Both the position numbers and the translations under genes were made by a program. Below are positions 1 to 16,266 of a stretch of DNA of 64,000 nucleotides, in pieces (the first letter of the stretch is position 1; every line of letters begins with the position of its first letter). This DNA comes from Geosiphon pyriformis uo1 (Eukaryota; Fungi; Glomeromycota): NCBI GenBank assembly GCA_016748015.1, contig JAAOMT010000135.1, positions 310,001-374,000 on the forward strand, given 5' to 3'. Below the pieces are notes generated by a model that saw only the letters and a program-made list of their open reading frames with translations, made no database searches and was not told where the DNA came from.

Positions 1-1199
1 TGTGACCTTGTGACTCTTCACAACAAGAAGCAATGATGACTTGCAGTATATTTGTTTAGGAAACTCGTTGAACCAAAGATCATTTTGATTTGCACGAGTA
101 AAAACCATAGATAATTGTCAAATGTTCAAAATACGAGATCTGTCCGATATAAAAAAGGGAAATCAGCGACTACAATTTAAAGACAAAGAAAAAGGAAAAG
201 GAGCAAGAAAAATTGATTTATTAGATAAGACGGTAATAATACCATTATTGTTGAGAATCGATCACACGACCTTCTTAAAAATGTCCCAAAAAGGGTCGCA
301 CCGTTTCGATCAATGAATCGTGGAATTGTGCAACGAAAATTTGCTTTTTAATCTCTGACTCTTTAGTTGAAGAAATGTAAAGCTGAAGATGATAAAAATT
401 AGTGTGTGCGGAAGTCGAAAATCTGTAAATTTTTCGTTTGCTTCCTCTAGCTGTTTTACGTTTTCCTTTTTTTTGGGCATATTTGAGAATTGTCAACTCG
501 TCACCCGATGCCACTTGCACAAACACTATATTTCGAATCGACAAGATTGTGATAGGTCACACGACAGTTAGTCCGAAAGGGATAACGGTGATGGCTGATG
601 CCGCTTCTAAGAATTTTGCCCTAGAAAGGTAGCATATATGAAACTCGATTTTTGATGTACGAGTGACGGAACTGAAACATCTGAAATCATTGCATAGTTG
701 TCATCGATGAGTCATTTCTATGCGTGGAGTTTCTCCTTAATTTTTGATATATTACCCCTATTCTGTTTTTCTTTGCATGTGCTTTCTCTTTCCCGAGTTC
801 CTACTCACATGCACATGCACCGCAATGTACAGTACAATGCATAGCATCACGCGGAATAAATGTCAAACTTTCTAAAGATGGTTTCAACAAACAATTAATT
901 CCATAGGAACATCATTTGATCCAAATATCAAATGTTGTCACCTTTAGATTGCAGAAAATTTGGCTAAACTTTGCAGAAGTGTTTTTTAGAGTCTCGCAAA
1001 GTAAAAAAATTGAACAATGAATTTTTTTTTTTTTGATTGATCTGTTTTCAACGAAAGATTTTCAAATTTTGTAATAGAATTAATGAATAAGAATTTTAAG
1101 TAAATATGCATTTAATAAAAATATAAAAGTAAATAATAAAAAATAGTTAAAATTTAATAATAATAATAATAATAATAATATGTTTTTTTTTGTTTTTTT

Positions 1200-1800
1200 A
1201 AAATGCTTTATTCAACATAATTTAACTATGTAATAAATGTAAATCATACACTTTTTACATATAATTAGTTACTTAAGCCAATTAAAATCACTTTACTTAT
1301 TTTAGAACCTAACATATTATTTATTTTAATTCAATATATTAATATTAAAAAACTTTTTTATGACTACAACCAAAAAAAACCAAAAAGATGTTATTTAAAA
1401 AGTTTTTTTAATTATAAAAACAGCTAAACAAAAAGTTTAAAACTGCTTTTTTTAAATATTTTTAAACTAAACCAGTTTTTTGTTGTTTTAAAAGCATTTT
1501 TTTTGTTTTAAGTTCAAAGTTTTTTTCTTTTAAGCTGTATATTAAAACCAATCTTATTATTATTATTATTATTATTATTACTTTTTAGAAAGTTTTAAAA
1601 CAAATTAATAATTAAATTGCTGTTTTTTTTAATATTGCTTTTTTGTAATTTTAAAGAATAGTTTTTTTTTTAATTTTTAAAATATTATTGTTGTTTTAAA
1701 ATCTGTTTTTTTTTTAAAAAATAAAATATTGGTTTTTTTGTTTAATATTAATCTTTTTATTAGTTTTGTTTTAATAATATATTAAATTTAATTATAAACA
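1200..1800. mobile_element. Highly decayed non-LTR relics: a LINE-type 3' tail (minus, ~1235-1290) and an ORF1 5' fragment (plus, ~1360-1550)
   Basis: 1238-1287 ATGTAAATCATACACTTTTTACATATAATTAGTTACTTAAGCCAATTAAAA is the reverse complement of the tail at ~25773-25823. 1360 onward (MTTTKKNQ...IIKTAKQ) weakly resembles the ORF1 start at 23655. Confidence 0.5.
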
Positions 1801-2039
1801 ATAATATTTATTAAAATAAATACAAATTAATAAATAGTTATATTATTTAATATAATTATTTTTAACAAATTATTATTAATTATAAAAATAATAAAAATTA
1901 TATCTTAATATAAAATTTTATTTAATTATATTACTAATTAAAAAAAATTGATTTAATAACATAAATATTAAAGTATTTTTTTTAAAAAAACATTATTAAT
2001 TATTTGAATAAATGGCTTTTATAAAATTAAATTAGTTAA

Positions 2040-4260
2040 TATTAAAATTATAATATTTATATTTTTTATATTTTAATAAAATATAATTCAAATACTATTT
2101 AATACAATATAACTTATTAAAAATTCTAAATTAAATATAAATTACATATTTTTATATGTAATAACTATTTAAATTAGTCAAAATACAAATTATGTTAATT
2201 TAAAGAAGTTAAAAAAAAATTTAATTTATAAAATCTAATAATAAAATTATTTAAATTTTGTTTATTAAAAATAATTTGGTTTTTTAATTTTATACCTAAT
2301 ATTAAAATTACTTATTTATAATAATTTTACTAAATGTTTAATAATTAAATTACTTAAAAAAAAAGTTTAGCAATATTTAAATCTATATTATCTATATTAT
2401 TAAATTTTATTTTAGTTTTAAAACAAACAAAATTTTTAAACAAATTAATTAAAACAATAATAAAACTCTTAATAATATATTTTATAATAATTAAATTTTT
2501 TTTATCTTAAAATTTTTGTATATATTATTAATTAAAAAAATAATTAAAATGATTAAATAACTAATTGGTTCAATAATAAACTTAATTAAAACAATCAAAT
2601 CAAAAATTTTAAAGAGTCTAATTTAAAATTAACTATAGAATTAACAACAAAAACAATTAAAAATATAATAATAAAAAAAACCAAAAATATAAAAGTTTTG
2701 ACATAAAATTTTGTATCAATAAAAAACAAATTAAAAATTTTAGAACTGTTAATAAACTTAAAAAAAAACTTAAAAAAAAAGATAAAAACATTTTATAATT
2801 GATAAATAATTAATTTAAATATTAATATTTGTAATAGTAATAATACTTAAAAGTTTTTTATTAGATATAACACTTATATAACATATTAATTTTTAAAATA
2901 ATAAAATTTAAAATCTTCAAAAACTTAAAAATTACAATAATAAAATATTAATAATAATAAAAATTAAGAGAATTAAAAATAAAGCAAATATAATTATTAA
3001 TTTAAAAACAATACAACCAAAAAAAATTGATTAATTTAACCTTAAAAGTATTTTTTAATATAATAATCTTTTTTTAATTAAACAAAAAAATAATTTTAAT
3101 GTTGTTTTTTTACTAATATAAACTAATAAACAAAAACAATAATAGTAGAAACTTTTTTTTTAAAAAAAACAACAGAATATTATTACATATTAACAAATCT
3201 TAATTTAACAAAAAAACATTACTAAAAACATTAAAAGTATTTTTAACATTATTATTAAAAGACATACCAAAAAAAATATCATAAATATAATAAAAAAACA
3301 AAAATTACTACAAAAAACTTTATAATTTTAATAATATATTTAAGAAATTTTAAAATACAAAATTTATACAAAACAACTTAATATTGTTTTTAAAACCCAA
3401 TTTAAATCTAATAAAGCCAGATAATAGATAAAACAAAAAATTAACTAAGACTAATTTAATCTTAAAAATAAAACCAAACATTAGAATAAAAACTATCTAT
3501 TTAAAGAATTTTTAATAATTAAAATTTGTTTTTTAAACATTATTAAAAACAATACCAAAAAACAAAGGAAAAAAAATTAATTTGATTTCTATTTGATTAG
3601 CCTAGTCTTTAAGATTAAATAATCTAATAAGTTGTTTTGTTTTTAAAATTAGCAATAATCTGCTATAAAACATCATATTTGACAATATAGCCAATGAGTA
3701 ATCTTAATTTATCTTAAAAGATATGTTATTATTATTGTTGTTTACATTAAGAAAAAAACTGGTTATTATTAAAAAATTTTTATTCAAAATCTTATTTAAA
3801 ATTACAAAAAAGTTTAATATAATAATAGCAGATACAAGTAACTATTGCTGTTTTTTTAATTATTTGGTTTTTTTGGTTATTTGCAAAAAGGTAATAATAG
3901 TATTAGTAATAATAATAAAGAAGATCAGTTTATTAATTGGCCTATTATTAAATATTTTTTGGCTCTTAGAGAGAATAAAAACAATATTGAAACTAATTTA
4001 AGTATATTTCTTAGAAAAAATCTTGACTGAAAAAGAATCACTAATCAAAAATAAAAAAAAACTTTAGAAGCTATTAAAAACAGCCTTTTACTATTAATAT
4101 TTAAGAAAAATATTGTTAAAATATTTTGCTTAGTTACTTTAACAATAAAAAGATCTTTTTTTGTTAAAACTTTATTAATCACTATAAAAAAAATAATATT
4201 TAAAACTCTTTTACTCTTTGTTTTAATTATGATTATAAAATAAGAAAAAAAAAAGTTTTT
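2040..4260 (-). mobile_element. Decayed LINE ORF1-type element (ORF1 plus 3' tail), inverted homolog of 23640-25900
   Basis: ORF 4045-4314 (IIIIKTKSKRVLNIIFFIVINKVLTKKDLFIVKVTKQNIL) aligns with 23655-24080 (MTTIKAKSKKVSNVIFLIITNKISTKKDFSIVKTTKQNIL). Nucleotide similarity continues to a tail at ~2130-2197. Confidence 0.7.
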
Positions 4261-5313
4261 TTTTGTAAATTTTTTTAAAAACAAAATTAAATAAAAATTA
4301 TTTATTAAATACAATCTTAAAAAAACAAATTAATAAAAAATTTAATATTAAACCATGTTTTTTTAAATTAAACTTTAATGAATTTTTTATAAATAAAAAT
4401 ATTTTAAAATATTAATATATCTTTTAATATAAATAAATATGTTATTAATATTTAAAAAAGCAGTTTTAATTATTAATAGAAATATTATTAATTATAAAAA
4501 TTTGTTTATAATTTTAAAATATATTAAATTATAACATAATTATTTTTAATTTAAATTATATTATTAATAAAAATATTATTTATTAAGTAAAAAGTTAAAC
4601 CAAACTTGGTTTTTGATCTTATTAAAACATATTATAACAAAACCAGACAAAATAAATATTTTATTATATAATATAAATAAGAGACTAATATAATTAAAGA
4701 TTAATTAATTTAACTAATAATATTTTGATTATTATAGTTATAATATATAATTTATACATAAATTTATATTAATTACAGTTTAAATAAAAAATTTACTTAT
4801 AAATTTACCAAAAAAAAACAAAAAACAAAAAACAAATGAATTTTAATCCTAACTAATGATAAATCTTTTTATATGAAATACCATTTAATAAGTAGCAAAA
4901 AAAATATTAGCATTAAAGTTATTTTTAGAATTGCCTGGTTTAGATTAAATTTAATTATTAATGCAAACACTGGTGTTGACAAATTCGATTATTTAACAAA
5001 GTGGTATAAATATTTAATTAAAATCCGAATTATTTGCTCTAGTTTAAACCCAAACAAACAAAAATTTATATATAGACCAGAATGAAAATTGGGTGAAAAA
5101 ATGCTATTGTTTCGCAATATAAATAAAACATGAGGTGATTATTGTGAATATTAGATACATGAATATTTTTGTTTAGATCGGATGCAAAAAAAATAGGGCA
5201 AGAACATTTCTTTGCTAATAATAGCATGAATTTCCTTTATTCAGTATGCTTCAAATAACCACACCTATCTCTAATCCCTATCGCCACTGAAAGTGAACTT
5301 GGTTTCATTTTTC

Positions 5314-7704
5314 TCATTCTTCCCGTTTAAAAATCTCTATCGCTTGCTCCAAAATCTCCACTCCACGTGCCGCCTCATCCTTCGTCAAGATTAATGGAGG
5401 TACGATCCGAACCGTTTGATTTGACGCCGTAATAATCAATAGCCCACGTTCTCGCGCCAGTTTGACCAATGACGTAGGATCGCGTGTGAATTGAACGCCC
5501 AGGATCAAGCCGCGCCCTCGAATTTCTGTGATGAGGGTTGGATGTTTATGAGCGAGAGATTGAAGAGAAGCTCGGAGGTAAGATCCTACGACTTGGACGT
5601 GTTCAAGGAAATTGGGGCTGTTGATCCTCGAAATAACGGATATAGCGGCTCGACATGCGAGTGGGTTACCGCCAAAAGTTGTGCCATGATCACCTGATGT
5701 ATTATGGTCTTAACAAGAGAACTTAAATGTTACCAAGAAACCATTTGAAAAATCGATATTTACCTATTGAAATTAAATCGGCAACTTCATCAGTAATTAT
5801 TATTGCACCGATTGGGATTCCATTCGCCATCGGTTTTGCTGTAGTCAAAATATCAGGATGACATGACTTTGGGAAATGTTGATGTGCCCATAATTTTCCA
5901 GTTCTTCCGAGACCACACTAAAAAAGGATCAGAAATACTTTTATAGAATGATAAATTATTCTATAAAAACGAATTTACAGATTGATTGGCAATCAATCAA
6001 TCAAAACACCATCATCTATTCATCACCTCTTTACCTGAATCTCATCAAAAATCAATAAAGCTCCGACTTCCTGACATCGAATTTTCAAAGCTTCTAAAAA
6101 TTCGATATTAGCCTCATTGATTCCACCTTCACCTTGAATCGGTTCTATAATTACGCCGCATGTCTTCTCCGTAACAAACTCTTGAATTTTTCCAACGTCA
6201 TTAAAAGGGACATTAATGAATCCTGGAACTAGTGGAGTAAAAGGCTTTTGATATTTGGGTGCTGGGGTAGCAGATAAAGCACCCAATGATCGGCCATGAA
6301 ATGCGTTTGAAAATGAAACAATCTCATATTTCACATCTTCTCCATTTCCTTCTTTTCCAATAACTTTTCCCCATTTCTTGGCGAATTTTAACGCCCCTTC
6401 ATTTGCTTCGGTACCAGAATTGGTAAAGAAAACTTTTGCTGCTGGGAATCCACCATTTCCACGCGTAGCCTCAACCAATAATTCAGCTAATTCACCGGAA
6501 TATTCGTTGTAATAAAGATTCGATAAATGAATGAGACGTTGTGATTGATCGTATAGAATTTTGGCAAGTTCTGGATCAGCGTGGCCTAATGCATTGACAG
6601 CAATTCCCGCCGTGAAATCGAGATAAGGGCGATTTGCGAGGTCATAAAGGTGACACCCTTTACCATGGGTAAATATTAGCGATGGGCGAAGATAGGTGTT
6701 AACAGAGTATTTCGTGTGTTTTTCGAGAATTGCGGAGGTTGATGGGTGGGTATCGATGTCCAAATGTGTCGGCTATCATGAGGGGGAGAGAAAAATGAAA
6801 TTAAATAAAGGAGAAATCGAAAATTTAAATTTTGCTTAAACTCCCCAAATTAAAAAACTTGATCATTATATTTCATATCAAAACGAAATCTTGATCCTTT
6901 CTCCAGTATTATAAAACCCAATTCCCAATCAAGATCAGTACGCTAAATGGCTTTTTAGGTCACTTGTCAAGACTCATCATATATACAACTCTGGATGTTT
7001 ACCTCAGACGATGGTATGGGTATTGTTGATGTGGGAATTTTTGCTTCAGAATCGTTGCTTTTTTTCCGGTCCTCTGCTGCCAACTACTCATTCGTCAAAA
7101 AATGAGTTTCCAAAAGTGTTAATAATGCGGCGGGGGGGGGGGGGGTTTTTTTTTGATTTTCGTATCATTGAAATCATGAATCCTTGAGAAGTTTTACAAA
7201 AAAAGGGACCCTATACTTTGATCTTTATCTTTATAGGTTTTGAAAACAAAACGTTGGAGGTTTTGGTACTTGATCATAATAAATCATAAAATCTTCAAGA
7301 TATTACACGTAACAATAAAAAAAATTTTCTACTAAAAATGAAAAAAGATATACCTTGATTTGCGAAGGAATATCATCTATATTTTCACTTCCCCCTCTTC
7401 CACCGGCACCATTAATTGTAGTGTTCATTTTAGCCGCAGTATTTGTGGGATTCAATCTATCGTTTGTAACGGCAGGAAATGTTGAGCCCCATCGTCGTAA
7501 CTTTTTAACATCACACCAAAAATTAAGTACACGGGAGGGATATTTTGGAAAATCAAAATAAACCAAAAACAGAAATACCCCTAATCCAATTGGGGAAATA
7601 TATAATACACCAGCAAGACTCGATTTAGCATGATGATAATGATGATAATGATGATGGTGATGGTGGGAAAGATTTAACGTTCGTACTCTTATCGATCGTA
7701 ACAT
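5314..7704 (-). CDS. ARG8: Acetylornithine aminotransferase, mitochondrial (class III PLP enzyme). Exons ~7704-7579, 7500-7354, 6772-6035, 5917-5764, 5693-5314
   Basis: Motifs YLDFTAGIAVNALGH, FFTNSGTEANEGALKFA, FHGRS, EPIQGEGG, DEIQCGLGRTG, PLP lysine in TTAKPMANG, DHGTTFGGNPL. GT-AG introns restore the frame. N-terminus is Arg-rich like a presequence. Confidence 0.95.
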
Positions 7705-8965
7705 TTTTTTTTAAAAGTTTTAATAAAATCTTCCTCGTTTTTGTTTTCACCTATAATTTTGATGAAATTTGATCTTTCATTAGGAAATTAGAAGCAAAAT
7801 GAATTAATTTTGAAACGTTAAGCCTTTGTGTCGAAGAAAAATTTTATCAATTATTTATATATATTATCAAGTGAACTAAATAAAATAATGATTTTTAAGG
7901 CTTTTTTTCACTTCCTTCCAGTACTGGTCTTCAATGCTGATAACTAATCTTGTGATTCCCTTTTTTTGGTACCTATGATGAGATTGATGAGATCAATCTT
8001 GAATTACAATTTTCTCTTTTTTAAATTTGAATTACCAATCCTGCTTTCAATATCAAAAATCAAAAAGTGATCTTTTTCCTTTTTGAAGATATATTCGCTT
8101 TGGGATCTTTTGTTGTGAAAAATTATCCGGATCTACATAATAGAAAACAAACATTTCAAAATAATATATTTATTTAATCGAGGATAACTAGAAATGTGAA
8201 ACTAAACTTGATGTAAATTTGTTAAAAAACTATTATGATGTAGTTCGAGTTAACAATGTACAGGTTGGAGGTAAAAATCAAAAATTGGAAGGGAATGAAT
8301 GTCTGCATTGTCCCAAATAAACTACTAGTGATTTGCGTAATAGTCCTTAATAGACTACATTTATTAATTGTTAAAAAGTTGCTGAGGCATTTGTTAAATC
8401 AAATGGTATAATATTGAATTTATAATGAAAAAAAATTCCGGTTAGGTCAAAGACTATTTTTAACAATTAAAAAAAATTTTGCCTTGGAAAATCATGGACA
8501 TGAATGTTTACTCTTTTTTTTGTTCATATATTCTTTAATATAATGTTTTTGTTCAAAGGCAAATTATTTTAATGAGAAAAAAAAAATTTTAACAAACTTT
8601 TACAGAAAGTTAGACCCAAAGCTAAAATTAAAGTAAATATTAAATATTTATTAATACTCCGATAAGCTAAAATCATTAAAAAACCAAAATATAACTTTGA
8701 AGAAATAAATAAATTACATATTCGACGTTTTTTACTAAAAGAAAAACTTCCCAATAATTAAGTAATTATAACTTATTGTTAACCAATAAAAATTAAATAA
8801 TCAAGAAAAACAATAAAATTTGAATCTTATAGATAATAGCAAATATTACATAAATTTTAATAATTATTTTTTGGCTTTTAAGTAATATATAAATATGAAA
8901 AAAATAGTATTTTATGGTTTAAAAATATTTTTAACATAAAAATATTGAAAATAAAAAATAATTAA

Positions 8966-9001
<36 letters not shown>

Positions 9002-9178
9002 TAAAATAATAATATAAATATAAATTTTATAAAAATTTTTAACATAATTTTTTACAATAATAATAGTACTGATAAATTTTTTTTACAACAAAAACAAAAA
9101 CAAACACTATCACCATGCCATTATCTGTGATGACGATCCTCTGTCAATTTCATCTATCTCTCGCACCTCAAAAATTCA

Positions 9179-12100
9179 ATGAAACAATCGGTGCGTTTCA
9201 CCACTCCTTACGATTGCGACGAAGAGGATGCTCTTGACGGGCATTCAAAGGCCTCGAGTTATAAGACTTCTCTGCATACTATCGGTAATCGTCATGACCT
9301 TGGAAAACCTCATTTTCCTCACAAAACCTTCACCCTTCATGGGTTTGGTGACGTGCAAAAGCAGGAGCTTATATCAATTATAAATCAAAATGGTGATTTG
9401 ATAACGGAAAATGTCACCGAAAATGTAAGCAAACTTTTTTTTGGTTTGTAAGCCCCTCTCTTTCTTTATGTTTTTTTTAAAATAGTTCGTTGAATTTATT
9501 CGAGATTTACTCAAATCTCTCTTATCAATCTTCAGACTGATTATTTTGTAACAAATCAATCTCAATTGGAGTCAAATTCACAGGAATATCAAGATTTGGT
9601 TGGCTACGATAACAAAAATGATGTGAAAATAGTTTCTGCTGATTTTGTATATAATTATAAAGCACACGAAGATTACAGGTAAAAAAAGACAGGATCTTGT
9701 CATTTATATTACACTGTCTACAGTCACAAATAAAATTTTACCCAAAAATGTAATTTTATTAGGTCTAACGTTTCGCGTAACAGTAGAAGTTATGATGTTA
9801 ATCGAATACCGTGGTCTCATGAAGGAAAACGGTTGATTAATAGTTCCGGACGCCATTTAAGTAAGAGTTGGTCCAGTTCAACAAAAACGCATAACTCTTA
9901 CCTTCTTCGCACTGGGGCAAGAAATTATGATGATGTAGAATATTTTGGGCGTCGAATTGAAAGTCTTTTCTCTAATTCGGATGATGTATCGGTTTCGGGA
10001 TCTGATGACTCAGAAGATAGAATAGTTCCTACTTTTACCGAGGGGGATTTTAATCAATATGCGGAAGTTGAAAATAATGAGGATGGTGAATTATTTGATA
10101 CCATTTTGTATGGCGTTGCACCATTAACGGGGGATGCTCAAAAAGAGAGAATAGAATGGCAGAGTATGTTGGCTTCTGTGCTCACTGGCGAAGTCATCAA
10201 ATCGGAAAAACGGAGGCTTTCAGGATCTAATTCAAGGCAACACGCGGCAAATCTAAGTTATCAGATATGGCTTGGTGTTCGGGCCGTAACTCGATGTCGT
10301 GTGCCGGCCGATGAAAAATTTATTGTAGAAGAAAAGAGACGACAAATCGATAAGGTTCTCCAAGACGTGATTCACTTTGTTGTGAAACCTGGTGACGTTC
10401 CGGCTTTGCAACAAATAGAACAAATTCTCAAATTGGTTGAGCGATGCGAGAGTCTTTACCCTTCGCGCAAAGCGATGATGGGGGAGAAGCCTCTATATAA
10501 AACAAAAGAATTTCAGTACAATCTGGATGCGCTTAACTCGTGGCTCACAATAACTCTTAGCTTGCAAACCCAATTAAAAATTTTGCAGAACTGGACTGGG
10601 AATATGTCTCTTGAAATCACTCGACCAAAGAATGCCCCAGCTAACGCTGAGAATTCATCTTTCATTGAGCGAATTCTCAAAGAAAATGGTTTAAAGCGTA
10701 CCTTTGAAAAGCGAACGCTTTCTACTTTGAATAAACTTTTAGCCAAGGCAAAAAGAGTCATGATTGAGAATGCCGATGCTTTTTCAAAGATGAATCTTCC
10801 TCCATATGATGATCAACTACGAAAACTGCTTAATTTTCCTACTAAACTAATGGAAGAATGTATGAAACTATTACTGGAATATCCAACAGTATCAGAACCG
10901 ACAATGCTAATGGTTGATCAACAAATGGAAGATTTCCGGGTTTCCTTGAAACTTGCCTGTCAAATTAAGCATCAATATCTTGTATTAATCAAACCAGCTC
11001 CAGGATGGGAAATTCCACCTTGTATTGACGAAAATTATAATACCGTGTTGTTGGATATACTCAAATCTTATTTCAAATTATTGCAATGGAAGCTAAAAGA
11101 TGGTGCCAAAACTATGTTCTTTAAAGAAGCCGAGATTCTAGAATCTGAGTGGTCTTTTCTTAGTGAAATATGTCTTAACATTCAAGGCGGTGACATTGAA
11201 ACAGCTGAACAATTATGGTAAGTCACAAAATTGGATTATATATAATAATAATAATAATAATAATATCAATATTAGCTATTTAAATTGGTACCCAATACTG
11301 CAGGAATAGTACTGGCTAATCAATTTTGATCAGATGTTAAAAATCAAATATTTAAAGTGGGCAAGGAATAATGCTCACTTAGTGTGTATATTTATTAGTT
11401 CTTTAACCAAAACACTGCTTCAGAGCGTCATGAAATACTTTGAATCTCAACTTCCTCTGCAACCTGATTTGGATGCAAATGGAATAATGAAATGGTACAA
11501 CAAATTATTAGAAACAGTACGCATAAGGGCTCGGAAATTGTTGCGATTTACAAAGTATGAATTGCTCTGAATCTGATTATTTACTCAAGAAATCTTTACT
11601 GAAAATTCTTGTACTTTTTTTGATGACTTTAAACTTCCAAAGATTCCTCTTTGGTAAGCTCGAGAATTCTGCTGAATATATAGTTGATGATGGCAATTAT
11701 CCAGCTTTCATCGAAGCCCTGGAACATTCCAATCACATACTAGTATACCCGGATACCTTTGAAGAAGACGGGGTCTGTATAATTGTCGAATCGTCCTTGC
11801 AAAATCAACCAGATATAATTCGTCGAACGCTTCAAGCTGTTTTCCCCTTATACGACACACCACAAGATAATAACGAGGAGGAATTGCAAGATTTAAAATA
11901 TATCATAATTTTATCGCCAAGAGTATCATTTGAATGGAATGGTCCTTACATGAATATTTCCATGGAGGGAGTCGGTGTTGAGTTAAAGGGGCATCGCACT
12001 AGATTAGTTGCAGATGCAGCTTATCTTCGTTTGAAAGAGTGTAAACAAAAATTCAGGACGGCAGTTGAAGGTTGTGGAATTCAAAGTGTATCGGAATCTC

Positions 12101-14198
12101 GGGCAAATGTGCACAGTGTCAACCAACAAATGCAAAAGATTAAGAAAACCGTTTATCATTTTGTCTCTAGCATCATTCACAGCGTAAATCATATTCGGGA
12201 AGTGACACAGAACATTGAGTGCCAAGATCTCATAGAAAACTGCTTCAGTTTTGCTACAGAGTTTGGTCAAAGATGTCTACGTTACATGCATCACAACAAA
12301 GCCCGTAAGGAGTTAAATTTGAAACTTACACGGTTGGCAATTGACTGGGTTAGTTTTATTTGTGATGATTGTGTTCCAACTGATCGAAAAACATTTCGAT
12401 GGGCGGTTATCGCTCTAGAATTTTCCATGGCCATCAACCGTGGTAACAACATTTTGGGTCTAACAGAGTCGGATTTCGCCATGCTTCGTAGCAAAGTTTC
12501 AGTATGTATGACCTTGCTCGTTTCTCATTTTGATGTTCTTGGTGCTCGGTCATCACATGAGACACAAGAACGTCAACTACAAGAAGCTATCGGAAAAAAC
12601 GCAGTGCTCAAACCTTCGTTGTTACGATACGAGAATGAATATCTAAAAATGCGTAAGGGATGGATGGAAAAGTTGAATAAACTTGAATTTGATCTTTCGA
12701 AAAAAGAAATTGATCAAGGACTTGTTGGCAAAGTTCTTGATAATACTCGACCTGAAAATCGGCCTCTTGTATTCCTTGCTTCTTCCAGTTCCAACATCTC
12801 CTTACGTTGGCAACAGGGGAATTTTCTTGGTGGTGGTACATTCGGATCTGTATACGTTGCAACGAATATAGATTCGGGTGACGTGATGGCAGTCAAAGAA
12901 ATTCGATTTCAAGACCCATCTTCTCTAACTAGTTTGGTCAAATCTGTAAAAGAAGAAATGTCCGTTATGGAGATGCTCAATCATCCTAACATAGTCTCTT
13001 ACTATGGAATTGAAGTTCATCGTGATAGAGTATACATTTTTATGGAATATTGTAAAGGTGGATCTTTGGGATCACTTCTTGAGCATGGACGTATAGAAGA
13101 TGAGAATATTATAAAGTATTATACCCAGCAAATGTTAAAAGGATTAATATATTTGCACGAAAATAATATTGTCCATAGGGACATAAAGCCTGACAGTGAG
13201 TATCGGTTTTCTAAATTTTCAATTTTAGGAGTATTTGCCTTATCGTTAACATCGTATCCGGTAAAACCATAGATATCTTACTTGATCATATGGGCAAGAT
13301 CAAATTTGTGGATTTTGGCGCTGCGAAAGTCCTTGCCAAAAACCAAAAGACTTTAGGAAGGACCACTTTACAAACAAATACAAATGTTCATAGTCTTACA
13401 GGGACCCCAATGTATATGGTTGGTTAAATTTTAGTAAACTGAATATGTGATCATTGAAGTTTTTTTTTTAGAGTTCTTGAAAGCATCATCATAAATTTTT
13501 CTATTAAATAACAGGCACCAGAAATCATAACCGGCCAAGAAAAGGGTCGGAAAGGTGCGATGGATATTTGGTCGTTGGGATGTTGTGTGCTTGAGATGGC
13601 AACTGGTAGGCGTCCATGGTCAAATCTCGACAATGAATGGGCGGTCATGTATCACGTTGTGACCGGGCACCCCCCGTTACCAGACCCATCACAATTATCA
13701 GATCAAGGGATGGACTTTTTAAAACAATGTTTTACACGATCATCAGAAGAACGTCCTTCTGCCGAAGAGTTGTTAACGCATCCATGGCTGAGTGAAGATT
13801 ATCTATTATCAGTTGATGACTGGTCTGGCGTAGCCAGTGATTTCCCCAGCAGCGACGGCACCGGGACCACAACTACAATAGACACAAGCCTGTATTATTC
13901 CAGTACAAACACACTACACTCAAATGGAAGTTTTTTATTAGCAGAAAGTTTTGTTGAGAAGGGTACAAACAACGACAATACTAAGAATATTTTAGCTCCT
14001 CGGAGACAGCCATCTATATCTTCCATTATATCGGTGGAAAGTGATAGTGGCATGGGAATTGCAATTAATGACTTTGAGGATGCTGCAATCAATGACGTTG
14101 AGGATGCTGCAAGTAACCATGTGCCCGAGGTTATAAACTCATGTAATATCAGAAGCGAGATGTCAGGAAACGACCAGTGGAGTTTGGTTGATAAATAA
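9179..14198 (+). CDS. SSK2: HOG-pathway MAP kinase kinase kinase, Ssk2/Ssk22/Wis4 family. Exons ~9179-9424, 9536-9678, 9763-11217, 11399-11554, 11643-13195, 13273-13418, 13515-14198
   Basis: Ssk2-type N-terminal motifs ERIEWQSMLASVLTGEVIKSEKRRL and DWVSFICDDCVPTDRKTFRWAV. Kinase motifs GGGTFGSVY, MAVKEI, HRDIKPDN, DFG, GTPMYMAPE across canonical introns. Confidence 0.93.
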
Positions 14199-14981
14199 AT
14201 GGAAGTTAGAATTGAGCCTTGATGAAAAGAAACCTGCTAAAATTCGGTCCGATTTTTTGCAAAGGTTAATTTAATCTAATGCTTAACGAGAATTATTTTG
14301 GGTGACAACAATACATAAGATATGGACTTTTATTGTTTATCATTTTACTTAATCAATTCTTTGATCCTAAATTTTATCATGTATTATTGTGTAATGTTCA
14401 AAATTTACATTGTGAAAAAGGTTCAAGATGTAGATTAGCAATTATCACTTTAAATTGAGTTATAATCGATTGAAACCAAACTTACAATCAATAATTTATT
14501 AGCTTTTGATAAATATTATATTGTATTGGGAAATTTTAACAATTTAGTTAATTTAATAAAACACAAAAATTAATTTTATATTTAAATTTACTTATAAAAT
14601 ATAAAGTAATAATTGTGTTTTAATAATTTTGAAATATAAATAATAAAAAATATTATTTAGATTATTTATTTACCCACTTAAAATTATTGTAAACTAAAAA
14701 TAATGTTATTTAAACTATTACTTTTTTATATTTACATTATCATTAATTTAAATACTATTTTTTTAAATCATTGATTATTTGAGTCATCCTATTGGTTGTC
14801 TCAAGACTTGAAAAAAGTACCAGTAAATCTGACTTCGCCTCCTTAGCTCTTTCAATAGTGTCGCGATTATTTAAACTCAAACTATGGGCCTAATAGTCCG
14901 TATTCCTTCGTTTTAGAACTTGCTTTCCTTCCCCCCAACATAGTCGTCTAGTAAAAGAAACTATTTGTAGCTTTTCTAGAA

Positions 14982-16266
<1,285 letters not shown>

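Noticed and set aside
122-632. Short overlapping ORFs at the window start
   Set aside because: No recognisable motif or convincing exon chain; may belong to a gene outside the window.
8200-8920. Possible decayed coding sequence between ARG8 and SSK2
   Set aside because: Coding-like texture but many stops and no identifiable homology.
10513-14092. Antisense and alternative-frame ORFs inside SSK2 (and inside the LTR elements)
   Set aside because: Shadow ORFs of real coding frames with no independent motifs.
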